DNA of 64,000 nt from an uncultured Parabacteroides sp. (GCA_900770835.1 CAAGLQ010000049.1:728-64727), one strand, 5' to 3'. Shown: positions 1-10,900, numbered from the stretch's first letter. Notes: generated by a model not told the origin, from the letters alone. Numbers and translations are program-made.

Positions 1-1055
1 TCTAAACGCTTCGGATCGGCGATACGCTCCGACCACATGCAGCACTGGATGCCGAGTATTTGGGACTCGTAGCCTTTTGTCAGGTGAACAATAGGGTCGG
101 GAAAACGATAGACATCTTCCAGCATGTTACAGCTTTCTGTTCGACCAACGGTGTGGGTCGGGAATTGAACGAAATCACCATACATCGGGAGGCGAGGACA
201 CATCACTACCTGATAGCCTTTCTCAAGGGCTTTGACCAGTTGATACTTGCGGTCATGGCGCCACCACATGACTATGGCTTTATCAGGGGCTACCTCTGCA
301 TCAACGATCTCATCCCAGCCGATCATCGTCTTGCCTCTGGATTGTACCATGTCTGCTACTCGACGGACGAAATAGTGCTCCAATCCAGACTCGTTCTTAA
401 GGTTGTTTTGCTGAATGAATTGCTGGATGGTAGGGGCTGTGAACCACTCTTGATTGCCGAAGTGCACTTCGTCACCCCCGATATGGATGTATGGACTGGG
501 GAATAATGCAATCAGCTCGTCTAACACATTGCCGATGAACTCAAATGTCTCCTCACGGCAGGGGTGGAAGGTGAATCCATCTCCACCGCCCGATAACTCA
601 GGATAGGCCTTGCAAGCCGAGGTGGCATGGCCGGGCATGTCAAATTCGGGCACTACCATGATGTGGCGGGCTGCGGCATAGGCAACAATCTCCTTGATCT
701 CCTCTTGGGTATAATAGGCGGGTTTGGCGTTGGGATCATGCCAATTGCCTTGTGCTCCTATGGTGGTTAACTTCGGATAGCGTTTGATCTCGATTCGCCA
801 ACCGGGGACATCGGTCAAGTGCCAGTGGAATACATTTAGGCGCAGTTTTTCCATGATGTCTAAATACTGCAGGACCTTCTTCTTGCCGAAGAAGTGGCGG
901 CTCTCATCCAGCATGAATCCACGCCATTCGAAACGGGGTTGCTGCTGGTCTGTTCCCACAAAATAGGTTGGTTGATCGGAGGAAGTGGCCGTAGGTTGTG
1001 CCTGTAGGATCCCTGCCGATATAATCAATAACACACTGATAATGATTCGTAACAT
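1..1055 (-). CDS. Beta-N-acetylhexosaminidase, glycoside hydrolase family 20 (3' end outside window)
   Basis: Manual translation from ATG at 1055: signal peptide, then PRFEWRGFMLDESRHFF, NVFHWHLTD and YIHIGGDEV (GH20 catalytic motif). Not in the ORF track because it has no stop in the window. Confidence 0.92.
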   Translation of the reverse strand, partial: MLRIIISVLLIISAGILQAQPTATSSDQPTYFVGTDQQQPRFEWRGFMLDESRHFFGKKKVLQYLDIMEKLRLNVFHWHLTDVPGWRIEIKRYPKLTTIGAQGNWHDPNAKPAYYTQEEIKEIVAYAAARHIMVVPEFDMPGHATSACKAYPELSGGGDGFTFHPCREETFEFIGNVLDELIALFPSPYIHIGGDEVHFGNQEWFTAPTIQQFIQQNNLKNESGLEHYFVRRVADMVQSRGKTMIGWDEIVDAEVAPDKAIVMWWRHDRKYQLVKALEKGYQVVMCPRLPMYGDFVQFPTHTVGRTESCNMLEDVYRFPDPIVHLTKGYESQILGIQCCMWSERIADPKRL

Positions 1056-1436
1056 GATACTTGAGTTTTTAGATTTCTATGGCGCAGGATGGTGTTTGTC
1101 GTCCTGCTGGACAAAGATACAACAAACAGTAGGGAAATAAATGGCTTACTCGGGTTTTTGGCTGGTTACAATGTCTATTTCTTTGGGCTGATCTTTTCTT
1201 CGGTGGGGTGGGAGCGGGCTTAGGTTGGGGCTTGTCAAACGGGCTGGATAGTTGGGGTACAACCTATCTCTTATCGGGCTAACTTTGTCGTGAAATCTTA
1301 ACTATGCGAATGGCGGCTTGTTGTATGGTTATCAGACGGGGTGGTTTACTTGCCACGTTTCGTATAGGACTGGGTTCACTTTGGTTGTAGTGACTGATTT
1401 TAGGGAGATAGTTTTAACCATATAATAGTAACGATT

Positions 1437-2168
1437 ATGCAAGGTGATATGTCAACATTGCTCAGCCTGATGGAATTATTCTATGGCGGAGAAAAAGGTG
1501 TCGGGATGATGGGCCAGCTGATGCACTCGCTGATGACCGTGGGGGTCGATGGTAAGCCGAAAAAAGAGGAGCAAGCGGCGAAGAAGGCTGTTGGGGGTGT
1601 GGCCGCTGGCGCTACCACGCAACAGCTGTTTGTGGCATCGGTAAAGGAGGCGATGGCCGATGCCCGGCGAATGAGCGAACAGCATGTGCAGCCTGATCTA
1701 TTTGAGCAGGCGATCCTTGATCAGCTGGAACAGCTGGGCTTTAAAGGTGAAGAGGCTGAATACTTCGCAAGGGTCAGCGCGATCATGGCCGAGGATGTAC
1801 GGGCAGCGGTTGAGCATGAACCAGACTTGACCAAACGGGCTGATCTGGCCAAACAGGCGGCAGCTGAGCTGATACCGAAACGACGGGTGATCTATAATGC
1901 CTGCTTGGAAATTATCCAGGGTGGTACCCAAGCACTGGATGCGATGTTCCAAGCTAATCCGTCAGGACTGAGTACGTTCCTGCAACAGACCGAGCTGACC
2001 ACTATCTATTATCAGATTAAGCAGGCTGAGCATGCACAGGATCAAGCTCGATTGACAAAGCTGAACGAAGAACTGAAGAAAAGGTGCGAAGCAATCAAGG
2101 CGGGTAGGGCTTTTTCTCAGGAGGATCAGCTCAAGCATGAACGTCATCAAGTCCGTAGAGGTCGGTAA
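1437..2168 (+). CDS. Hypothetical helical protein
   Basis: 243-aa ORF, upstream TAACTTTG promoter-like motif near 1280, downstream hairpin. Confidence 0.7.
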   Translation: MQGDMSTLLSLMELFYGGEKGVGMMGQLMHSLMTVGVDGKPKKEEQAAKKAVGGVAAGATTQQLFVASVKEAMADARRMSEQHVQPDLFEQAILDQLEQLGFKGEEAEYFARVSAIMAEDVRAAVEHEPDLTKRADLAKQAAAELIPKRRVIYNACLEIIQGGTQALDAMFQANPSGLSTFLQQTELTTIYYQIKQAEHAQDQARLTKLNEELKKRCEAIKAGRAFSQEDQLKHERHQVRRGR

Positions 2169-2186
2169 GGGATGACTTCGTAAGAT

Positions 2187-2222
2187 ATAGGAGGCTGTAG
2201 GTTTGATGCCACAGCCTCCTAT
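2187..2222 (+). terminator. Stem-loop, probable terminator
   Basis: ATAGGAGGCTGT ... ACAGCCTCCTAT, 12-bp inverted repeat just after the stop at 2168. Confidence 0.6.
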
Positions 2223-3226
2223 CTTGCATATGAGTACAGTACGTCCTTTTTAGGACTCGGTAAAGTTACGCTTATTTGTTGAGCGTACAAAATGGGGGGA
2301 TAGGTTTTTCAAAGGAGTGCCGCTCTATTTCTGAAACCATTGTGGTTTGTCCGGATGGTCTTGCCTTTATCTGGCTGTATTGAGGGCTAATTCGGGGATA
2401 GTTGTATGAAATTCGTATTGGTGCTCTTGTCCTTGATAACGTTTACTTGGTAATACATAATGGTAATTTTGTACATGAAACGTATTTGCTAAGTGCTGAG
2501 CTTTGGTAGGTGGATGATAATCCGTAATTTTGTAGTGGATACTAGGACGCTTGTCCAGTATTTGTTAGTATTGCGGCTTCTGGCATGTGAATGTAGGGGG
2601 CTTGATCCTTCCTCTAACAGGGAAGGATTATTTTTTTTCATGAGATTTGAATAGGTCTCATAGTTGGTCATTGGTTTTTTCGGGTTATATAGGTCTATTT
2701 AGCTCTCTGTTTTTCACCTCTAAGGATGGGCTGGTTTTCGGGAATTGGCTATCGTCGTTGCGCAAAGCTGTACATATTAATATAAGGAGGGCGAGCCGGG
2801 TTAGGTGCGATCATGGGTGATATGGTGGGGAGTCGGTGGGAGTTTGATCCAACGAATGATTACCACTTTGAGCTTCGCTTCGGTCCTCAATCGTTTTTGC
2901 CTGCAAACGGATCGAAGTTTGTCTAGGGTGCATCTTCAGGGTAGTTCTGCGGATTGATGGGCTGTTGAATAAGGAACAATAGGGGAAATAAATGGCTGCG
3001 TGCGGATCAATGGCACAGCGAATAGGACAGGTTGGCTTCAGTAGGATTCTTCTTTCGGGAATCAGGTGTCTCATGACATTTTGGAGGGTTAGTATGGAAC
3101 AATCCAACTGAAACGGGCGTGGATTGGCTTGAATTTGATAGGATTAGCCCGAATTTTGTAGTTATCCCGTTATTATTTGGAAAATGTTTGTACCTTTGTT
3201 TCGTGCAAACCAAAACCGCACGAACT

Positions 3227-4180
3227 ATGAAGAAAAATTTTACCATGCATGAACTATCCCAATTGGTGAGGCGCGTGGAGCAGGTGCTCCACGAAATACA
3301 ATCTTTGCCACTCGGGAAATCAATCAAAAAAATCGATTTCGAATGCTCTGCCGACCCACGGGTGGAAGAGGTGGAGGAGGTGTCACTTCTCATCAAGGGG
3401 CGTCCGACCGATTCACACCTGAAATGTCTGGAGAGTCTTTTGGAGCCTTTCCCGGATACGCCTGTTCCGGGTTCTACCTGTGGGGAACGGATTGGCTTGC
3501 GTTACAAAATCCAACTGCGCTCACAGTCGGCGGTCGTTACGCTGCGTTGGATCGGCCTGCGGGTGATCGACCAGATCCATGTGGGGGATTACCTGTTCGA
3601 TGACCGCTCCTTCTCCTCCAAATACATGGCGGACAAATATCCCTTGGCAGTGGTTTATGAGGTGACGCCTGAACAGGTGCGTTTGATCGCCGCTCGGGCT
3701 ACCCGTCTGGCCTGGGGCGAGGGTAGCGTGCTACCCCCACGTCCCGATGTCGATAGTTTTATCTCCTTCAACAAGGGTTGGAAACTGGGCGATTTCTTCC
3801 AACTCCGCAAAGCCTGGAACGATAAGATCAAGCTATTGTCTGGCAGTAAACTGCCGGCAGCGGCTTATGTGGCGGGGCTCTATGATACGGTGTTTCAGCC
3901 GGGCGAGTGGTGCCTTCCGACGGTGGATGAGGGGGCGTTGATCTATTCGGCGGGGCTGCGTCCGATACTGTCCCGTGCCTTGTCCAAGGCAGGTGTGAGC
4001 CTGAACAAGAACTGCTGGCTCATGGATGAGAAATCGGAGGATGAGGCGTACCGTATCCATTATGGTCCGATCCATTGCTCGGTGGTGGAGGCGCCAAAGA
4101 GCGAACTGAACCAGGTATTGGCAGTGACCGCACTGCGTTGGGATGAGCTGGAGAAGTTTACCATCCGGGATGGTATTTAA
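3227..4180 (+). CDS. Hypothetical protein with C-terminal DUF1566/C-type-lectin-like region
   Basis: ATG at 3227 after TACCTTTG promoter motif; C-terminal AAAYV...GEWCLPTVDE motif. Confidence 0.55.
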   Translation: MKKNFTMHELSQLVRRVEQVLHEIQSLPLGKSIKKIDFECSADPRVEEVEEVSLLIKGRPTDSHLKCLESLLEPFPDTPVPGSTCGERIGLRYKIQLRSQSAVVTLRWIGLRVIDQIHVGDYLFDDRSFSSKYMADKYPLAVVYEVTPEQVRLIAARATRLAWGEGSVLPPRPDVDSFISFNKGWKLGDFFQLRKAWNDKIKLLSGSKLPAAAYVAGLYDTVFQPGEWCLPTVDEGALIYSAGLRPILSRALSKAGVSLNKNCWLMDEKSEDEAYRIHYGPIHCSVVEAPKSELNQVLAVTALRWDELEKFTIRDGI

Positions 4181-4208
4181 TTGGTAATTACATCAAAACC
4201 TGATTACT

Positions 4209-4958
4209 ATGCGATGTGCTTATTTGGGGTTAATAGGGTTATGTAGTGCATTACTCTTTGCGTGTACGGAATCCGTCGATACACCGAAAGCGGCGATGAC
4301 GCATCCCTCACTGGTGGTGTCGGTAACCGATGCGGAGAGTAAGGCGCTGATCACCGGCTTCAGCACGGGCGATCAGCTGGGACTGTGCGTGACGGAGAGT
4401 GGTTCTACCGCTCCCTATGAGGGGGAGGTGGATTGTTTCAACGCTCCCTTTACCTACCAGTCGAACGGCGATTGGAAGGCCGAACGGACTATCAATTTGG
4501 TACAAACAGTAGGGAAGGCGTACGCCTATTTCCCCTATGTATCCGATCTCTCGGATGGTACGGTGATACCGCTCGAAAATGGCTTGGATCGTTTGTTCTT
4601 GCGAGAGGCGCAAAGCCTGTCGGCACAAAGCCCTACAGCGGTGATCAAGCTGGGGCATGCCATGGCTTTGATCCGGCTGACGTTGGACAGTTCCTTGGGT
4701 ACGGTCAGTCGAGTGCGGCTCCGCAAGGTGCCTCTCTCGGGTACCCTGAACCTTTATACCGGTGTGGTGACACCCTCTGCCGAAACGACGGTTTATGATA
4801 TGGAGGCCGCCTACACGGAGTGGCTAACGGGTGTACCGGTGGTGCCGGGCACGGCGGTAGAGGTGATGGTTTATACCGACCAGGGTTGTTTTGTCTCGAA
4901 ACCGGGTGTGGTGACCACGGCCGGCAAAGTGTATAACTTGACCATTCGGGCTAACTGA
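4209..4958 (+). CDS. Fimbrillin-family lipoprotein
   Basis: Lipobox LFAC; ESKA; GDQLGL; AYAYFPY; LGHAMALI. Confidence 0.8.
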   Translation: MRCAYLGLIGLCSALLFACTESVDTPKAAMTHPSLVVSVTDAESKALITGFSTGDQLGLCVTESGSTAPYEGEVDCFNAPFTYQSNGDWKAERTINLVQTVGKAYAYFPYVSDLSDGTVIPLENGLDRLFLREAQSLSAQSPTAVIKLGHAMALIRLTLDSSLGTVSRVRLRKVPLSGTLNLYTGVVTPSAETTVYDMEAAYTEWLTGVPVVPGTAVEVMVYTDQGCFVSKPGVVTTAGKVYNLTIRAN

Positions 4959-4964
4959 TCGGCG

Positions 4965-5417
4965 ATGGGCGTTGTAGCATCCTATAATCGGTATAAACGG
5001 CAACGACGGATCCGGATGGGCCGCAAGCTGTTGGCTGTGCTACTGGTGTTGTGCCCCATAGCCTTGATAGCTTATGCCTGCTCGCACCGCCAGTCACCGC
5101 AGTTGACGGTTCGGAAATTACTGCTGCTGGATGAGCGACGCTATAACCGCAAGGGGTTACCGACAACGGTGGGTGGCGACAGCATGGATGTGCGACTCTC
5201 CTTTTGTCCCTACTCCCAGGGGCTCGAAAGGGCGGTCATCAAGGGTAACCATACGGCGTTAGCGTTATTATTTGACGAGGCACGCAGCTTCTCGGCTTAC
5301 GATCCGATCTCTGTTTCCTTAGGGCAGTGCTTATTGCTGCCGGAGGGTTTTTTTATATGGGGTGGCGACAGCTTGTTGTACACCGCATTTGCCAATTCTG
5401 ACTACCAAAATCATTAA
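4965..5417 (+). CDS. Hypothetical membrane or exported protein
   Basis: ORF in operon with a hydrophobic N-terminal segment. Confidence 0.55.
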   Translation: MGVVASYNRYKRQRRIRMGRKLLAVLLVLCPIALIAYACSHRQSPQLTVRKLLLLDERRYNRKGLPTTVGGDSMDVRLSFCPYSQGLERAVIKGNHTALALLFDEARSFSAYDPISVSLGQCLLLPEGFFIWGGDSLLYTAFANSDYQNH

Positions 5418-5420
5418 CTT

Positions 5421-6635
5421 ATGTACACTGAAATTCTGAAAGATACCGCAAACTATCATTTTTCTCTCCATGCGTATAACGGTGGGTTTATGGAAACGAT
5501 TCCTCCGGAATGGCTCCAAAACAAGGGGCGTTATCCGGTCTCTCTGCTGAAAAGTTTTATTGAGAAGAGTGGCCGTCGATGGCCGGATACCCTGATCAAC
5601 GATTATGCGATGCGACTCACGACGATCAATGGGGATAAGATGTACTTCACGGCGACCGTACGGGTCAAGGAGTTTGCGACGATGATCACACGGGTGGAGA
5701 ATATGCAGTCGGCTCCTCGTAAACGCTCGGTGCGGATCATGGACTTCCTCACGAAATGTGAGACGAAATGGGTGGCGCTGGTGTTTCAAATAAAACGACC
5801 GGGTATGGTGCCGGATAAGAACCAGGCGCATCAGATGCGGGCGCTCAAGGAACAGTTGGGTTATGGCTTGTCTAAAGGGCAGTTTAAACCGTTCGATGCG
5901 GAATGCTTGCGTCGGGGTAGTTATATCCAGGATCGGAAAGGAAACTATGGGGTGGTGTTCGCGGGCTTCCCGCTCACCAATGAGGAGCCGGAGGGGGGCT
6001 CTCCCTTGCAGGTATTGATGCTGGATCGGGACGAGGAGTTTCAACCCTCGCTCCGGATCATGGTGGCTGACACAGGTCAACTGCCGGATGGTTCCGTGGC
6101 ACGGATCTGCACGGACAGGGTGTGCGAGCCAAAAATGGTGGATCGGCTATATGGTCTCTACATACAAAATCATTTCTATCGAAACGGTAGGGTGGTGTCA
6201 CCTAAGTTTGGGTTTGACCAGGCGTTGGCACTGGCGGCTAACTATTATTCTGGGGTGGTCGATATGGGCCACGAGCCTTACCTGCTGCATGTACTGCGGG
6301 TGACCATGGAGATGCGTAATGAGGCGCAACGGATGGTGGCGCTGTTGCACGATGCGCTTTGTGTGCGTCCGGCGGTGTCGATTGCGCAGTTATTGAACGA
6401 TGGGGTGCCTATCGAGGTGATTCGCTCCGTGGTCTCGCTGCAAGAGGTGCAGGGTGAGGGCTATTACGACTATATCTATCGATTGCGCAGGGACCCTGTG
6501 GCAATATGTGTCAAGAAGGCTTGCCTACGTGACGATATGAATCTGGCTCGTCTGCCGAATGAACCGACTGAGGAGGATAATGACCGTAAGTGTCATATGC
6601 TCCGTACGTATAACTTATTAACGATTAAGCCATGA
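5421..6635 (+). CDS. Protein with C-terminal RelA/SpoT-type HD domain (degenerate)
   Basis: DMGHEPYLLHVLRV...VALLHDAL...AICVKKACLRDDM. Confidence 0.7.
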   Translation: MYTEILKDTANYHFSLHAYNGGFMETIPPEWLQNKGRYPVSLLKSFIEKSGRRWPDTLINDYAMRLTTINGDKMYFTATVRVKEFATMITRVENMQSAPRKRSVRIMDFLTKCETKWVALVFQIKRPGMVPDKNQAHQMRALKEQLGYGLSKGQFKPFDAECLRRGSYIQDRKGNYGVVFAGFPLTNEEPEGGSPLQVLMLDRDEEFQPSLRIMVADTGQLPDGSVARICTDRVCEPKMVDRLYGLYIQNHFYRNGRVVSPKFGFDQALALAANYYSGVVDMGHEPYLLHVLRVTMEMRNEAQRMVALLHDALCVRPAVSIAQLLNDGVPIEVIRSVVSLQEVQGEGYYDYIYRLRRDPVAICVKKACLRDDMNLARLPNEPTEEDNDRKCHMLRTYNLLTIKP

Positions 6636-7204
6636 CAGGAAAGTTAATGTGCGAGGGGTTGGATCGTTTTCTGAAGGCTTTCCCCGACAGGGAGCGTTTT
6701 GCAAAGGTCTATGTGGAGACCTTGCAACCCTATACGGATATGGATATAAGCATCATGCCGATTATCAAAGCGGAGGATTATATGAGTTGGTTCCCCTTTG
6801 AGGAGATAGCGGTGATGCTGAAACTGTTTCAAGCGACGGGACTGGCGCATTATGCCTCCATGCTGGATGCGCAGCTGGCGCATGAGGCGCTGGTGGACGA
6901 TGCCGATGATTGGTGTATGGCTACTGAGCCTTGGGAGGCGTTGGGGCTGGCGTTTTGCTATTTTACCATCGATTATAACATTGATACGATGTGTGCGATG
7001 GCACGGACAGGACAGCTGCCTGTTCCAGATGGGAATCTTTTCAGTGAGACAGCGAGTGTACCATCGGCCGATTATGTGCGTTGTTGGGAAGGGCTTGATG
7101 CGGCGAGCAGGGAACGCTTCGTCACGACGCTGTGGCGTTGGTTCGGACGGTCAGGGCACTGCCTGTTCGGACGGGAGGTGATGGATCAGAAGGAGGGGGT
7201 CTAA
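6632..7204 (+). CDS. Hypothetical protein
   Basis: 190-aa ORF, ATGA overlap with the upstream gene. Confidence 0.65.
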   Translation: MTGKLMCEGLDRFLKAFPDRERFAKVYVETLQPYTDMDISIMPIIKAEDYMSWFPFEEIAVMLKLFQATGLAHYASMLDAQLAHEALVDDADDWCMATEPWEALGLAFCYFTIDYNIDTMCAMARTGQLPVPDGNLFSETASVPSADYVRCWEGLDAASRERFVTTLWRWFGRSGHCLFGREVMDQKEGV

Positions 7205-7863
7205 TGAGACTGGAACGTGGACATTGGGTGCTGTGGTATTGCCTCTGTTGCTTGTGGTGCACAACAGTAGGGGGAGCGGAACAGGTCTATACGCATCCTT
7301 TTGACTACCAAACGGAGGAGGTGCAGTATGTGGGTAAGGCGACACGGGGTGTGAACCGGGTGCTGATCCGCTCCAAGCTGTCTATCGTACAGCCAGGGCC
7401 GGAGCTACAGCTGATCGGCAAGGAGACCTACTACACGGTGAACATGGAGTCCTTTATGATACCCAACTACATTGATAACGCCTTCCTTGAGCATGTGCTC
7501 TTGGTCAAGGAGCAGCTGACGATGGCGAGTGTCTTCTTCCAAGTTGGGATACAGCTATGTGGGGGTGAGCCGGCCTATCGCCGGCGGATGATGACGAATG
7601 CGATCGACTATTTTCGGACGGCGCAGGCGATGTTTCAGGCGGGTAAGAATGTACGGGGGGCGGAGCTGACGGCTGAGATTATTGGCTTGGTGCGGCAGGC
7701 GATACCGGAGCCTCCAAGTAAGGTGACTCCCGATTACTCAGCGTTCTATCGGGTGTTGAACAGCTTGATGGAGCAGACCGTGGTGCTGGCGAAGGATTTT
7801 GACGCGGAGTACAAAGTGGTGATATTGGAAGAATCAAATAAAGTTGGATATGAACAGAGGTAA
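7204..7863 (+). CDS. Hypothetical exported protein
   Basis: ATG overlapping the upstream stop; signal-peptide-like N-terminus. Confidence 0.6.
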   Translation: MRLERGHWVLWYCLCCLWCTTVGGAEQVYTHPFDYQTEEVQYVGKATRGVNRVLIRSKLSIVQPGPELQLIGKETYYTVNMESFMIPNYIDNAFLEHVLLVKEQLTMASVFFQVGIQLCGGEPAYRRRMMTNAIDYFRTAQAMFQAGKNVRGAELTAEIIGLVRQAIPEPPSKVTPDYSAFYRVLNSLMEQTVVLAKDFDAEYKVVILEESNKVGYEQR

Positions 7864-8497
7864 GTGGTTGCTGCTGGGTTGCCTGGTGACCCAGCTGGGT
7901 TGGGGTCAGTCCAGGACATACCGGGTGGAGAACAACGGGATCGAGACAGTGGGCTACTGCACCCTCAAACAGGGGGAGGTGGTGCACAAATATACCTCCC
8001 TGCCGGTAGGGAATAAAGGGGTCAATATGGGGGAACGCTCCCTGACGGTCACGGTCCCTGAATATGGCAACACGGAGGAACGGTTTCGGGTGTGCGAGGG
8101 GGTACTGTTTGATCAGGTGTTTAACACTATCCATGCGCGCTACTGCATCCGACAGGGGTATAACAACTTCAACGATGCGGTGCGTGAGCGGGACAAACTG
8201 ACTTATGCCCGAAAGATTAAGGCGATATTGGGATATTATAATGAGGCTTACATCACGCTCGTGAACGATGGTCGCGAGGAGGTGGCGGCACTGGTAGAGC
8301 AACTGTCTCGTTACACCGAGGAATTCCCTTTTTCCAAGGGTAAACCATCCAAGGGGGCTATGCCCGAGTATGTGCGGCTGGTGGAACGGGCTTTGGCCGG
8401 TACATTGGTGTTCTGTGACGAGGTGAAACCGGAGTATTCGGAGGTGAAGCATAAGGCTACCGAGGAGGAGGTGCTGGGCAAGAAGAAACGGAGATAA
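7850..8497 (+). CDS. Hypothetical exported protein
   Basis: Signal peptide ending GWG-Q, typical Bacteroidetes Gln after cleavage. Confidence 0.6.
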   Translation: MNRGKWLLLGCLVTQLGWGQSRTYRVENNGIETVGYCTLKQGEVVHKYTSLPVGNKGVNMGERSLTVTVPEYGNTEERFRVCEGVLFDQVFNTIHARYCIRQGYNNFNDAVRERDKLTYARKIKAILGYYNEAYITLVNDGREEVAALVEQLSRYTEEFPFSKGKPSKGAMPEYVRLVERALAGTLVFCDEVKPEYSEVKHKATEEEVLGKKKRR

Positions 8498-8522
8498 TAA
8501 GGTGATAGTCGGATTAAATCGA

Positions 8523-8870
8523 ATGAGTATGTCGGAATATAATAAGGTACTGTTTCAAGAGGATGAGATGGGGGGTTGGCTGGATGATGAGTTGTCACAA
8601 GCACCCCCGAAGGGGTTTAAGGAGTCGAGGGTGTTTTCCGAACGGGAGGCTACGCCTGTGACGGAGGTGATACCGAAGGAGGAGCCCTCACAACCGGCCC
8701 CTGAACCGGAACGTCCCCAGGAGCCGGAAACGGCACCGAAAGGACAACCTGCTGGGCGCAAAGGGGTGCCGCTGCGCATCGAGGATCTGCATCTGCATGA
8801 GTGGATCCATGGGACAGGGGAGGAGGTGACTCCCGACGAGGAGGATGAGTCGGATCATTTGGGATTGTAA
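8523..8870 (+). CDS. Acidic Pro/Glu-rich hypothetical protein
   Basis: ORF in operon context. Confidence 0.55.
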   Translation: MSMSEYNKVLFQEDEMGGWLDDELSQAPPKGFKESRVFSEREATPVTEVIPKEEPSQPAPEPERPQEPETAPKGQPAGRKGVPLRIEDLHLHEWIHGTGEEVTPDEEDESDHLGL

Positions 8871-8888
8871 AACTAAAAACGGTAGGGT

Positions 8889-9398
8889 ATGTTAGACAGA
8901 CAGTTTACATATATTAATGAGGTGGTGACACCGGGGCAGGCGATCAAGTTTCAAAGTATGGGGCTTGAGCAACGGCTCTGTATCTACTATTGGAAGGCTT
9001 TCATGAACGATGAGGGTGTATTGGCTTTTGGTCTTTATGAGTCGGGCCACGCGGATAGGGCTCCGCAGCTGCGGGCGGCAGATAGCGTGCTGACTGAATG
9101 GATGGGCCAGGGGTTTGACCCGGATCAGGTGGATGGCCGGTTTATGGCGGCTTTCTCGACGGCTCAGATGATGCATCTGCTCGGGGACGGCATGGCGCTG
9201 CTACGAGTGGTCGAGGGTGGTTTTCAGATACCCGATAACGAGCGGGTGTTCCGCTACTACGAGATGGCTGAGGCGGCCGGTGAGCTGCTGGAACAGCTGG
9301 TGGAAAAGGAGGTGCTGTCGGTGGAACGGATCAACTGGGCCTTGCGTATCTATAGTCAGGATAGTAACCAAATCATGAAGAGCGTATGCGAGGGCTGA
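8889..9398 (+). CDS. Hypothetical protein
   Basis: 169-aa ORF in operon. Confidence 0.6.
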   Translation: MLDRQFTYINEVVTPGQAIKFQSMGLEQRLCIYYWKAFMNDEGVLAFGLYESGHADRAPQLRAADSVLTEWMGQGFDPDQVDGRFMAAFSTAQMMHLLGDGMALLRVVEGGFQIPDNERVFRYYEMAEAAGELLEQLVEKEVLSVERINWALRIYSQDSNQIMKSVCEG

Positions 9399-10267
9399 GT
9401 GTCTTATTAATAGGGCTGTGTTTGTGGATGGCGAGCTGTGATGACGATGCCATGCGTCCGTCAACGCCGCTGTCTCGCTCGCTGGAGCTGCTGGTCAGCG
9501 TGCCTTCGCTGGAGAATCCGGAGGTGCAGGCCAATCAACCGATCGCCTCGGCTGTGGGGTTGTTCTCACGTGACTTGGCGGGTGTAGTAGGGTCGGTGCT
9601 CGATAACACACCGGCGGCATACAATGGATATAAATGGTATCTGCGGGGTGTCGAGAGTGTGCAACTGGGTACGGATAGTCTGACGCTCTACGGCTATTAT
9701 CCGTATGACCCGTCTTGGACGGACCGGATACAGCTGCCTGTGGCAGCGGGCACAACGGACTATCTCTATGGGCAACATGACCTGAAGAACCGGGGGTATG
9801 TCTGTGCTGATCAACCGGTGGCTCATCTACGGATGCGCCATGCGCTCTCCTGCTTGTCGTTCGATCTTCGTCCGATCCTGCAACAGGGGAAGAAGGTGGG
9901 TAAGCTGCAGCTGCGGGCCGATGAGTTTATGGATAAGCCGGTGGGGCGGGCGATGCTCAATATACAGACTGGGGAGCTGACGCCGGTGTCTCTGCTGAAC
10001 ACGACCCTGACGGCAACCATGAACCTGGAGGGGACCACGGCGAATCTGTTTCTGATTCCCTCCGAACAGGTGACAATATGGGTTGGACTGGAGCTCAAGG
10101 GGCAGATGATGTGGGTGTCTCGCAGGGGACTCGACCTGGCATCGGGCAAACAGTACAATTTTTTGCTGGATTACGATGTCAAGGAGGAGGCGATGGTCAT
10201 CCGGGAGATGACGATCCAGGATTGGAACGAGGGGCCGGGCATTGATCTGGGTGATCTTGGGGTATGA
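9386..10267 (+). CDS. Fimbrillin-family lipoprotein
   Basis: Lipobox MASC; YGYYPY; TDYLYG; MRHALS; C-terminal IQDW. Confidence 0.85.
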   Translation: MRGLSVLLIGLCLWMASCDDDAMRPSTPLSRSLELLVSVPSLENPEVQANQPIASAVGLFSRDLAGVVGSVLDNTPAAYNGYKWYLRGVESVQLGTDSLTLYGYYPYDPSWTDRIQLPVAAGTTDYLYGQHDLKNRGYVCADQPVAHLRMRHALSCLSFDLRPILQQGKKVGKLQLRADEFMDKPVGRAMLNIQTGELTPVSLLNTTLTATMNLEGTTANLFLIPSEQVTIWVGLELKGQMMWVSRRGLDLASGKQYNFLLDYDVKEEAMVIREMTIQDWNEGPGIDLGDLGV

Positions 10268-10371
10268 ATGGGTGCACTTTTAACAGTCTGGGATTTGGAA
10301 TTGTGCTAATTCTCTGTATTTTTGTGGCGTAGTAAGGACGGTTCCTTACTTTGATTTTAAGTAATGTAATT

Positions 10372-10800
10372 ATGATTACCAAGACCTTGATTCTTTTCAT
10401 AGGGTGTAGTTGCGTATCCCTGGTCGCTTCGGCGCAGAAACGGGAGGCGACAAAACGCCAATCTTCCCGAACGATCCAGATAGAGCTGACGGATACGGTG
10501 CGTAGCCAACGTACCACGACCGTGACGGAGGAACCTGTGGGCAAACCGAACAAGAAGGTAAGGGTGCTGCGTCCAAAGGATATGAAATACCGGGTGACGC
10601 TGCTGGAGGTGGAGTTTGAGACGGAGCAGTACCGGGCACGGATTGCGAAAGCGACAGGGGAGGAGCGCCGGGCGCTCCTGCAGGAACTGATCGATAAGGT
10701 GGCACATATCAAACAGATTCAATCGGCCGAGTATGACCGGGATTATACGCAGGTGATCGTGACATTACCGGATGACTCTGAGTATCGGGTGAAACTGTGA
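10372..10800 (+). CDS. Hypothetical exported protein
   Basis: Signal peptide ending ASA-Q; TATTTTTG promoter motif near 10317. Confidence 0.65.
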   Translation: MITKTLILFIGCSCVSLVASAQKREATKRQSSRTIQIELTDTVRSQRTTTVTEEPVGKPNKKVRVLRPKDMKYRVTLLEVEFETEQYRARIAKATGEERRALLQELIDKVAHIKQIQSAEYDRDYTQVIVTLPDDSEYRVKL

Positions 10801-10900
10801 TGGAGGGTATGGATCTGTGTGGACTGTGTGCAAGGCGTTGGTCTTGAGCGTAAAACGAAGAGTTTAATTTAAAAAACTTTGTGGTTTTAAAATTTACACT

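Noticed and set aside
60..966. Plus-strand ORFs 60-506 and 784-966
   Set aside because: Antisense to the GH20 gene.
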